Source: an uncultured Chlorobiaceae bacterium
Lineage (GTDB): Bacteria; Bacteroidota; Ignavibacteria; UBA10030; SZUA-254
DNA: 41,850 nt
Assembly (NCBI GenBank): GCA_964353675.1
Contig: CAYGXH010000001.1
Location: forward strand, 1-41,850
Direction of reading: 5' to 3'
Shown: positions 18,182 to 26,208 of the stretch, one piece after another
Layout: every line of letters begins with the position of its first letter
Numbering within the stretch: position 1 is the stretch's first letter
Notes under the pieces: generated by a model
Told to the model about the DNA's origin: nothing
Seen by the model: only the letters and a program-made list of their open reading frames with translations
The model's database searches: none
Position numbers and translations under genes: made by a program

Positions 18182-19683
18182 GTAACACTTTGTGAATATT
18201 TACTAAGGGAAATTTGAATCGGATTTCGTCCTATAATAAACCGATAATCAGATCCGGGAACATTTGTAATATTATTGTATGGATTCATATGATTGAGCTG
18301 TAGTTGAGATTCCTTCTCATCAGGAATTACTTTCCATGATCGAACGGATCCCGTTGAGAAATCCCAGACACGACCGGGAATAGTGTCGGTATCGGTAACA
18401 ACATCCACGCGCCAGTAGTAATGCGTATTCAGAGCAAGTTTTCCCGGCAAGCAATATGTTTTTTTCTGATTACGGGAAAATGCGGGAAGATTTTCGTTAC
18501 CAAAGTAAACATTATACGAAACGGCATTTCGTCCGCCGATCCACCGGAGTGTATCACATTTATCAAGAGCGATATCATTGCCATTATTCCGGGGCGTCGG
18601 TATGCTCGCAAACGGCAGAACCGCAGGCATAGACCGCTCGGGATCCCATTTCCCTTTGAATGTCCATAACGCTGTGACCTGGCTTTCAAGTACAGGACCT
18701 TCGTATGCGCTTGCCAGGTTATCGGCATACCACGGGAAATCATTACCTTCGCGGTGACAGTTATGGTAGTAATACCTCCCGCCCCATTTAAACTTCAGCG
18801 TATCGAAAGCCGGTCTGATCGGACGATCAAGCATGTTCGCTGAGAACCAGCAATCGAGCAGATAGAATTGCGCATCTTTATGGTTACGACCGAGCGGAAA
18901 ATTTACAATACCATCAAAGCGGGAATTCCTTATCACGAATTTTGATGTGCTGTCGATACTCCCATCATGCCAGATACTTGCGGTTTTATTATATCCGTAA
19001 AATTCACAATCGGTGAGATAGCACCAGCCTCTCGGGCAGACGTAGTCAACCCAACCCATGAAGAAACAATCGGCGTGGTAATACATGCCCGAAGCCGGAT
19101 TCCACAAACTCATTGTATCACCACCATTTGCCAGGATCGAGCAGTTTACGGTGATGATACGTGTGCAGTTATCGCCACCGCGTATGGCGAATGAATGGTC
19201 ATGATCACCGTAAATAGCGCCGTGATTGTTGTATACCGTGAGATTGGCAAGAGTAATATCGTGAACATCTTTCCCGATATTAATCACAGCCGATCCCCAG
19301 TCATCATCGTTATGATCCTTTCGCCAGTTACGTCTGAGTTCGGCATAAACAATCCGCGTACTTTCTCTATCCTCGCCGACGAGAGCAATGTTACTCTTCG
19401 ACACGTATAATTTTTCATTGTACGTCCCGGACTTGATGAGAATGATCCATGTGCGAACGGCATTGTCAGGCACGGAATCAATAGCATTTTGGATTGATGT
19501 AAAGTGGCCCGTTCCATCTTTTGCTACGATAATGTCACCATGATCGGATGCCCCGCCCGACACAGAATAAATGAATAGCAAAATAACGAGCAATAATATC
19601 AACCGTAAAGGTTGACGTAGCAAGTTTAGTATATCAGTAATGATGGTCATAGAGAATTCACTTACGGATAACTGCGCTTTCAT
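18172..19683 (-). CDS. Divergent pectin methylesterase-like protein (CE8 fold) with C-terminal Ig-like domain
   Basis: IIVAKDGTGHFTSIQNAIDSVP and SGTYNEKLYV have the CE8 N-terminal pattern. Active-site blocks are altered: HSFAI (vs QAVAL), NGGDTM (vs YQDTL), VDYVCPRG (vs VDFIFG), LGRNH (vs LGRPW). Alternative start ATG 19650 (MTIITD...). Its stop TGA overlaps the ATG of the next gene (ATGA at 18172-18175). Confidence 0.6.
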   Translation of the reverse strand: MKAQLSVSEFSMTIITDILNLLRQPLRLILLLVILLFIYSVSGGASDHGDIIVAKDGTGHFTSIQNAIDSVPDNAVRTWIILIKSGTYNEKLYVSKSNIALVGEDRESTRIVYAELRRNWRKDHNDDDWGSAVINIGKDVHDITLANLTVYNNHGAIYGDHDHSFAIRGGDNCTRIITVNCSILANGGDTMSLWNPASGMYYHADCFFMGWVDYVCPRGWCYLTDCEFYGYNKTASIWHDGSIDSTSKFVIRNSRFDGIVNFPLGRNHKDAQFYLLDCWFSANMLDRPIRPAFDTLKFKWGGRYYYHNCHREGNDFPWYADNLASAYEGPVLESQVTALWTFKGKWDPERSMPAVLPFASIPTPRNNGNDIALDKCDTLRWIGGRNAVSYNVYFGNENLPAFSRNQKKTYCLPGKLALNTHYYWRVDVVTDTDTIPGRVWDFSTGSVRSWKVIPDEKESQLQLNHMNPYNNITNVPGSDYRFIIGRNPIQISLSKYSQSVTWL

Positions 19684-21385
19684 TTACTTCCTTGCCGAGA
19701 TCTATTCCCCTTTTTGCTTGAGCGAGATCGATCTCTTTTATTTGTATATTCTCAGTTTTCACTCCACGCAGCGTCAGGAACGTTTCCGCATCGCGGGGAT
19801 ACGTGATTTTCGTGAGTTCTATATTCCGGCTGTTGACGACAGATACAACAGGACCGGCTTTCGGTAATATCTCAGCTCTGTTGAGCGAAATACCTTCAGC
19901 GTCTACTAAGAGGGCTCCTTTATCTGAAGCAATTCGCACGTCTTCAATATGGATATTTCTTACGGGCAATTCCGGCAATCCGTTAATGAGCACCGCGCGT
20001 TTTGCTCCGTTGCATACTATATTTTTTATGTAAAAATCCTCGAATTGCGGTGTTAAATCGGTAACTGGTTCGACCCGCTTCTGTCCGGTGTCCGGAGCCG
20101 CGGTCTCTTCCGGACTGAATCCACCATAGTACATATCGAAGATGATCGCTTCATTCACGATACCGCGCATCTGGATATTTTCCGCGTAAATATTTTTAAT
20201 AAGGCCTCCGTTGCCGCGGAGAGATTTAAAGCGCAGTCCAACATCGGTACCGATAAATACGCAGTTCCGGACCATTACATTCTGAGCGCCGCCTCTGCTG
20301 CCGCTCCCGATGACAAATCCGCCGTGGCCGTGGTACACGATACAATCGGCGATCACAATATTCGCGCACGAAGGTCCCGGTGTCTGCCTGTCGGCTATCG
20401 ATCCCGGCTTAAGACAGATCGCATCATCCCCGACATCGACTGTAGTGTTGTAGACAACAACGTTACGGCAGGATCCAAAATCCAGCCCGTCTCCGTTCTG
20501 TGCGAACCAGTCGGTTTGGATCTTTACATTTCGTACAATGATATTTTCCGATTGAAAAGGATATACATGAAACCTGGGCGAGTTACGGAACGTAGGACCA
20601 TCGAGTAGTATACCGTTGCACTGCACCAGCCGTACCATATCCGGACGCATATACTCCCGGGCTTTTGCATAGTCAGTAGCAGTCAGAGCTTTCCCCGATT
20701 TTTCAAGTTCCGCAAGATATTTCTCACCATCCATTGCTTCTTGCGAAGGCCACCACTGTTTCCCGTCAGGACTTACTACGCCACCCGATTCGGTTAGTTC
20801 TTTCCATTGACGTTCGGTTTGTTTTTCCCTTTTGACATATCGCCATACCTCCCCAGCACCATCTACGATTCCTTCGCCAGTTATTGCTATGTTATCTGCC
20901 CTGTAAGCATGAATTGGAGGGGCAACAATATAGCGTTTAGATTTTCCGTCGAAGCCGGCTATGAGAGGAAAATCTTCGATTCGACTGCTAAATTGAACAA
21001 GAGCTCCACGTTCGAGGTGTAGGTTGACGTTGCTTTTCAATCTGATGGGTCCGGTCAGCCAAGTGCCGGGCGGAACCACAACCGTACCGCCCCCTTCTTT
21101 TGCACAAGCATCGATCGCACTGGAGAAAGCTTCGGTATTCAGAGTTCGCCCGTCTGCGACAGCACCAAACTTCGCGATATTTACCTGCCGGTCCGGAAAA
21201 ACCGGAACACCTAATTCCGGCATAGTAAACGGGAGGTTTACGATGTAATCTTTCAACTCTTTCGAACTAGGATCCCCTGCCTTAGTGTTATTAAACAGGA
21301 AGACGTTCAGCATCACCAAGCAAATAGCAGAAAATTTTCGCATTTGTCTCATAGCCTCTGAATTGATCTTACAAATATCTATCAA
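19658..21385 (-). CDS. Glycoside hydrolase family 28 (polygalacturonase / exo-galacturonosidase)
   Basis: NIAKFGAVADGRTLNTEAFSSAIDACAKEGGGTVVVPPGTWLTGPI, then the four GH28 blocks NGDGLDF, GDDAICLK, GHGGFVIGS and RFKSLRG. Signal peptide from internal ATG (MRKFSAICLVMLNVFLF). Confidence 0.9.
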   Translation of the reverse strand: MIDICKINSEAMRQMRKFSAICLVMLNVFLFNNTKAGDPSSKELKDYIVNLPFTMPELGVPVFPDRQVNIAKFGAVADGRTLNTEAFSSAIDACAKEGGGTVVVPPGTWLTGPIRLKSNVNLHLERGALVQFSSRIEDFPLIAGFDGKSKRYIVAPPIHAYRADNIAITGEGIVDGAGEVWRYVKREKQTERQWKELTESGGVVSPDGKQWWPSQEAMDGEKYLAELEKSGKALTATDYAKAREYMRPDMVRLVQCNGILLDGPTFRNSPRFHVYPFQSENIIVRNVKIQTDWFAQNGDGLDFGSCRNVVVYNTTVDVGDDAICLKPGSIADRQTPGPSCANIVIADCIVYHGHGGFVIGSGSRGGAQNVMVRNCVFIGTDVGLRFKSLRGNGGLIKNIYAENIQMRGIVNEAIIFDMYYGGFSPEETAAPDTGQKRVEPVTDLTPQFEDFYIKNIVCNGAKRAVLINGLPELPVRNIHIEDVRIASDKGALLVDAEGISLNRAEILPKAGPVVSVVNSRNIELTKITYPRDAETFLTLRGVKTENIQIKEIDLAQAKRGIDLGKEVNESAVIRK

Positions 21386-21418
21386 TACTTCTCATTCTCT
21401 TTACTCATTACTCTTTGC

Positions 21419-24400
21419 TTACTTTATAAGTACCATAGCGCGAACTTCATTAAAAGTCCACCCATCCGAGAGCGAAGTTGCCTCAACCCTATAAATATAA
21501 ACTCCGGTTGCTAAATGATTCACCTCGTTGGTCCCGGCAGACCAAATAAATGTGTGGTAACCTTGTTCAAATATACCATCTGCAATCACACCCACCTCCC
21601 GTCCGAGCATATCGTATACACGGATAGACAACATTGATTGAGCCGGTAGTCCGACTTGGATTGTAGTTGATGGATTGAACGGATTCGGGTAATTCTGGCT
21701 TAGAGAAAATTCCAGCGGTTGTTCGCTTACCGCTCGGGATTCAAGCTCACCCATTGGCGGAGGCGGCGGAAGTTCCGTACCAGCCACGATACTGATGACA
21801 TTTTTCGGATTAGCTGATCCGGACAACTTCAGAATGATTTGCCCCTCCTCGCTCACCTTCACCCAGTATCCCTTGCCCGGTTTGATAGAGTCGGCAGTAA
21901 TGTATGCACCCTCATAATTGAAAAATTGGCTCGTCACTAATCCCGGTGGTTCACTTGTGATCGAGCTGGATGCGATAGGTTCACTTATCGAACCGATCAT
22001 ATTCCACCCTTCGGTGACATCGATAGTGTCCGACTCAAGGCTAATACCAGTTATCATGATGGTGTCAGAGGTTGCAAACTTAAGCCAGTAGCCAATACCG
22101 GGTTCGAGAGTATCCTCTACAAAATACTGATTATCATAGGCAAAGGCATCCGATGCGGCTAGCGGGAAGAGTGCTGTCTTCCGGGAGTCGATTGCCAGGC
22201 AGGGAAGCGAGATCATGTTCCAGCTTGAAAAGACCGGTACCGAGTACACACCGTAAACGAAGTTAGCTGTGACGGACTTATTATCATTCATCACAATTGA
22301 ATCCGGATTATTCGAACTGCTGAGGTCGCCGCTCCAGTTCGTGAAGTGATAACCTGTTGCAGGATTTGCCGTGAGCCGCACGATCGTGCCATTCAGATAG
22401 AAGGGCTGATCAGGATTTTTAGTGACTGTTCCGTTTGTCGTGTTAATAATTAACGTGAACTGATCGGGGGGATTCACTTCGAACGATACGTGAATAGTAT
22501 GATTTCCTGACACATTGTAAAAAGTATAGCTCTCCATATCCCCCTGATATATCTCATCCGCGAGCACACTGTCGATATGATATCCCGGCAAGGGGGTAAA
22601 TGAGAAGCGTGCGCTGTCCCCCTCATTGATCGCAATAATTCCCGATGGAGAAATTGAGCCGTTAACTCCGGCAGTCGCCGTTACAGTGTACTGGTTGGGG
22701 GAATAGTTAGCGGTGATAGTCTTATCGCCATTCATTAGTATAGTGGTCGGATTGGCAGATCCAGTGAGATCTCCACTCCATTCAACGAAGTGATATCCGG
22801 CATTCGGTAGGGCAGTTACCTGAACAGTTGTGCCGCTGTCGTACCGCGCCTGAGGCGGATCTTTCGTTACCGTCCCGTTAACCGCATTTACCCCCAGTGC
22901 ATACCTTGGTATTGTATAACTAGTACTGAAATCAAACTTACCACTTCCTGCGTAATCAACCACCATTTGAGGTATTAAACTTGCGGAATCAAGTGTGTAG
23001 GTGTAATAGACGGCTGGATCAAATGCCGTTCCGCGGGTTTGAGGCGTACCGCAGCTCACGAATATATTATTTCTTTCGACGACATCACCTGCAGGACTGC
23101 CATCACGGCTGGTATCCATCGGAAGGGTCAAATCCACAAAGTAGGATCCTTCGACTAGTACGTCCGCTTCCATATTCGATGAAATCCCATATACATGGTT
23201 TTTTCTGTAATAGTTGTTATAAACATGGACTTTACCGAACCGCACCCTGGGATTCCTCTGACCTGTACTATCGAAATAATTATGATGGTATGTTACCTTT
23301 AATGCGGTATCGGAGGTTTGCGAGTCCGAATGCCCTACCAAAGAATTTTTGTCTTGGTTGAAAAAATGGTTCCATGATATAGTTACATAAGAGGCCGTAT
23401 GGGTTACTGATAAAGCTTCGTCACCACAGTTCGTTATCGTACAATGATCCACCCAGAGGTGATGCCCGGTTTCTTCGGTATCATCAGCCTGAATGGAAAT
23501 TCCATCGATGGGTGCATTTTGAACTTTAATGTTCCTTACTATGATATTGCTCGAGCGGACGATGTTAAGTCCGAAACCGGAAAGTGTCGCGTCGCTCCCC
23601 ACGCCAATAATTGAAATATCGTATGCATCTTTTACATCAACTTTATCGGAAAAACCTGATCCAAGCGTCAGTGTGCCAATGATATAGACGGTTAGAGGCG
23701 GGAAATTTAACGTACGTCCGGCATCAACGCGCCTTAACATAATATTAGACAGGGTATCCGAATTGGTAACATACACAATCGCAGCATCCTGACCAGCACC
23801 GCCAGTTGTACCACCCGGATACCCTAGCGCTCCGACCGAGGCAAAACCCTTCGGACCTGATTCATAAGGGAACGAACCGAAGCCCGGAGAGGGTGGCATG
23901 ACGGCTATCTCTGTCTTGTGCGAATTCATTGTAAGAATGAAGGGATTAGTAGAACTCTCGTCAGTTCCACCCCACCGATAAAATACATTTCCGCCATATG
24001 GAGTCGCCGTAAGCGTTACCTCCGTTCCGGCGGTATAGTACGTCTGAGAAGGCGATGCTGCAACTGACCCGGAACCGCTCTTCTCGAGTGTCAACTTGTA
24101 CGTGGCAGTAGCCGCTTGACCACCAATCACGATCCTGTCGAGATTCGGACCGCTACCATTTGTCATTAATGTAAACCTGAGGCGATTGATGCCTGCCTGC
24201 AAATCAATAATTTTTGTCACGGATGACCAACTCGACCAGCTCCCTGTGCCTGGAAACGATAATGTGCCTGTAGATACGTCGTTCAAACTAACGACAAGAC
24301 TTCGACTGCTTCCGCCGTTAGCAAAATAGACTGTCACGGTATCTGTAACGGCTGTGACTCGACTGAAGATGATTTCTACAGAGCTGTTCGTTTTATCAGC

Positions 24401-26068
24401 CATATCAACATAACCTGAGCCTGTGTATCCGGCATATAGTGCTCTGACATATGAGCTATTAAGGATACCATCCTCAGCCTGAAATTCATTTGGTCCCGGC
24501 GGCGGTATACCATTCCCTGTAACTGCTACATTCTGTGTAGTCGCTCCACCCCCGGAATTCGTAATATTGCCGTTATAGCTCTGTATTGCGGTTGGTTGGA
24601 ATCTCACATAGATTGTTGTTGACCCCAAAGTCCCCCCTGAATAAGGTATCTGAAATGATGCACCAAATCCAAAACCGCTTGTGGCAGAAACTTCGAATCC
24701 TGCAGGGGCTGTGACAGTAATATTGCCGCTTGCCGGGCTTAAGGTAGTTCCGGAGAGAGTATATGTCTTTTCAACGGATGTGCTGTCAACCACCACACTG
24801 CTAAATTGCAGCGTTGATGGGATCACAACGATTGTCGGAACGGCAACGGTCGTCTGGCTTCCTGTACCGGGAGATGTGGTGTAATAATTCTGAGAGTTAT
24901 TTGTACCGGCATTGTATTCATATACCGCGACGTGATAGGTTGTATTCTGAGAAAGACCGCTCATCGTTACGGTCGTCCCCGTTCCTTCGTATACCACTTT
25001 ATTTCCGCTTCCCTGATCAGAAGCCAGTGTAAAATTACTATTTACACCGCTTATTGTATTTCCGTCAGTGGGCAACCACGACACAGGATTTGTCGAACGT
25101 GAAACAAGTATCCGGTGCGTGCCGTTACCGCCGGAAAAGTTAATCACGATTGAACTATCAGTCACCGTTCCAAAGCTCACACTTGACTGGACTGTCGGTT
25201 CTGTGGCGATGGCAACACCTGTGACAGATACATTCTGTGTCGCAGCACCATTGCTTGTGTGGGTAATATTTCCGGCAACAGTTCCCGTGGCAGAAGCGGG
25301 GGCAAATCTTGCATAAATTGTTGTGGTCGGTACTGAACCGCCGGATTGATAAAGCGTAACAGAAGAAGTAAATATGGAATTGTCTGTGCTAACTTCGTAT
25401 CCTGTCGGAGCAGTCACAACAATATCTGCGGTAAGATTATTGCCTGAAACAGTATAGTTCTGAGAGGAAGAAGTATTTCCACCAATAATATTTCCAAAAC
25501 TCGGAAGAGAAGTTGTGGAAACCGTAATCATGGGAGCAGTTGAGTAGCTGGTGATGACGATGTTATCAAAGTTCAAATCATTTACAGAACCCGTACCGTT
25601 TTGAAGCTTGAGTTTCACAATGGTTGCAGGTTCGTTTAGAGTTATAGAGCTGTATGCAAAGGAACCCGCTCCGGTAATGATCGAGTCAACCAATATCCAG
25701 GTTGTACCTCCATCTAACGACTTAGATATATATATAGGTTTTGCTGACGTTCCATATGCCCATAACGAAACACTCCCGACAGTATTCAGCGTAGGGGTAA
25801 TGATATATGCAGTATCAGTGGGAGGTTCTGTATCCTTTAATAACCGGATAGCATACGGGGCAGAATAATTTGCTGTTGAATGCCTGTAGGATCTGAACAG
25901 CGTCCAGGTTCCCGAGCTTGTTGAATAATCCGTTGGTACCGTGGGAGCGGATGAACTCGATGTCGGGATCGAATTCCCCGAATCCCAATTTTCGCTAATT
26001 TGGGTTTGCCCCAAAAGGATCAATGGCACACATAAAGTGCAAATAACTATCGATAATATTGTTTTCAT
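21419..26068 (-). CDS. 1549-aa multimodular secreted pectate lyase (PL1 catalytic domain + CBM35/6-like + Fn3-like + Ig/InlB-B-like repeats), T9SS cargo
   Basis: Signal peptide MKTILSIVICTLCVPLILLGQ. The PL1 core has HHLWVDHCTITNCGDEALSV, WNHFFNQDKNSLVGHSD and GQRNPRVRFGKVHVYNNYY. The CBM-like block is NEFQAEDGIL...GSGYVDM...NLDRIVI. Four repeats are of the (GYHF.(E/N)WSGD / GYHIDSV) type. The GWNM module, a PPPPP linker and the NYPNPFNPST sorting domain follow. Confidence 0.85.
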   Translation of the reverse strand: MKTILSIVICTLCVPLILLGQTQISENWDSGNSIPTSSSSAPTVPTDYSTSSGTWTLFRSYRHSTANYSAPYAIRLLKDTEPPTDTAYIITPTLNTVGSVSLWAYGTSAKPIYISKSLDGGTTWILVDSIITGAGSFAYSSITLNEPATIVKLKLQNGTGSVNDLNFDNIVITSYSTAPMITVSTTSLPSFGNIIGGNTSSSQNYTVSGNNLTADIVVTAPTGYEVSTDNSIFTSSVTLYQSGGSVPTTTIYARFAPASATGTVAGNITHTSNGAATQNVSVTGVAIATEPTVQSSVSFGTVTDSSIVINFSGGNGTHRILVSRSTNPVSWLPTDGNTISGVNSNFTLASDQGSGNKVVYEGTGTTVTMSGLSQNTTYHVAVYEYNAGTNNSQNYYTTSPGTGSQTTVAVPTIVVIPSTLQFSSVVVDSTSVEKTYTLSGTTLSPASGNITVTAPAGFEVSATSGFGFGASFQIPYSGGTLGSTTIYVRFQPTAIQSYNGNITNSGGGATTQNVAVTGNGIPPPGPNEFQAEDGILNSSYVRALYAGYTGSGYVDMADKTNSSVEIIFSRVTAVTDTVTVYFANGGSSRSLVVSLNDVSTGTLSFPGTGSWSSWSSVTKIIDLQAGINRLRFTLMTNGSGPNLDRIVIGGQAATATYKLTLEKSGSGSVAASPSQTYYTAGTEVTLTATPYGGNVFYRWGGTDESSTNPFILTMNSHKTEIAVMPPSPGFGSFPYESGPKGFASVGALGYPGGTTGGAGQDAAIVYVTNSDTLSNIMLRRVDAGRTLNFPPLTVYIIGTLTLGSGFSDKVDVKDAYDISIIGVGSDATLSGFGLNIVRSSNIIVRNIKVQNAPIDGISIQADDTEETGHHLWVDHCTITNCGDEALSVTHTASYVTISWNHFFNQDKNSLVGHSDSQTSDTALKVTYHHNYFDSTGQRNPRVRFGKVHVYNNYYRKNHVYGISSNMEADVLVEGSYFVDLTLPMDTSRDGSPAGDVVERNNIFVSCGTPQTRGTAFDPAVYYTYTLDSASLIPQMVVDYAGSGKFDFSTSYTIPRYALGVNAVNGTVTKDPPQARYDSGTTVQVTALPNAGYHFVEWSGDLTGSANPTTILMNGDKTITANYSPNQYTVTATAGVNGSISPSGIIAINEGDSARFSFTPLPGYHIDSVLADEIYQGDMESYTFYNVSGNHTIHVSFEVNPPDQFTLIINTTNGTVTKNPDQPFYLNGTIVRLTANPATGYHFTNWSGDLSSSNNPDSIVMNDNKSVTANFVYGVYSVPVFSSWNMISLPCLAIDSRKTALFPLAASDAFAYDNQYFVEDTLEPGIGYWLKFATSDTIMITGISLESDTIDVTEGWNMIGSISEPIASSSITSEPPGLVTSQFFNYEGAYITADSIKPGKGYWVKVSEEGQIILKLSGSANPKNVISIVAGTELPPPPPMGELESRAVSEQPLEFSLSQNYPNPFNPSTTIQVGLPAQSMLSIRVYDMLGREVGVIADGIFEQGYHTFIWSAGTNEVNHLATGVYIYRVEATSLSDGWTFNEVRAMVLIK
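21422..21694 (-). other. T9SS C-terminal sorting domain (type A)
   Basis: NYPNPFNPSTTIQVGLPAQSMLSIRVYDMLGREV...GVYIYRVEA...RAMVLIK. Confidence 0.85.
21665..22222 (-). repeat. GWNM...GYW(L/V)K two-fold module + poly-Pro linker, copy A (paralogous to 26437..26994)
   Basis: 186 codons from WNMISLPC to NPFNPST. Hand alignment to copy B shows 31 substitutions and no indels. Long identical nucleotide runs occur, for example ggaggcggcggaagttccgtaccagccacgat. Confidence 0.85.
22980..23870 (-). other. PL1 pectate lyase catalytic domain (approximate bounds)
   Basis: Spans GFASVGALGYPGGTTGG through YTYTLDSA. The WVDH and RxPxxR motifs are encoded near 23446-23457 and 23235-23260. Confidence 0.7.
24125..24495 (-). 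other. CBM6/CBM35-like carbohydrate-binding module (approximate bounds)
   Basis: NEFQAEDGILNSSYV...GYTGSGYVDMADK...TVYFANGGSSRSL...GSWSSWSSVT...NRLRF...GPNLDRIVI has the typical CBM35/6 layout. Confidence 0.55.
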
Positions 26069-26125
26069 TACCTATCTTTAAAATAAGGTTGCGATACTTG
26101 TTCCACAGGTGTCTTAGTGAATCTA

Positions 26126-26194
26126 CCACCCACCAAGGTGAACTATATCATGATAAACGTTCACCTCGGCAGGTGATTTTACCTAACGGTGGGC
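26126..26194 (-). promoter_or_regulatory. Structured intergenic element with nested, mutually exclusive inverted repeats
   Basis: Outer stem CCCACC (26129-34) / GGTGGG (26188-93). AGGTGAAC (26136-43) / GTTCACCT (26159-66) enclose the perfect palindrome TATCATGATA (26146-55). CACCT (26162-66) / AGGTG (26171-75) compete for the same arm. Confidence 0.4.
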
Positions 26195-26208
26195 ATTAAG
26201 TTATTTTT

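Noticed and set aside
21751-21782. GGCGGAGGCGGCGG simple-sequence tracts (also near 26521-26552 and 16040-16065), which could be contingency-locus repeats
   Set aside because: They are short, imperfect and in frame, encoding the PPPPP linker. There is no homopolymer or long tandem array that would favour slippage.
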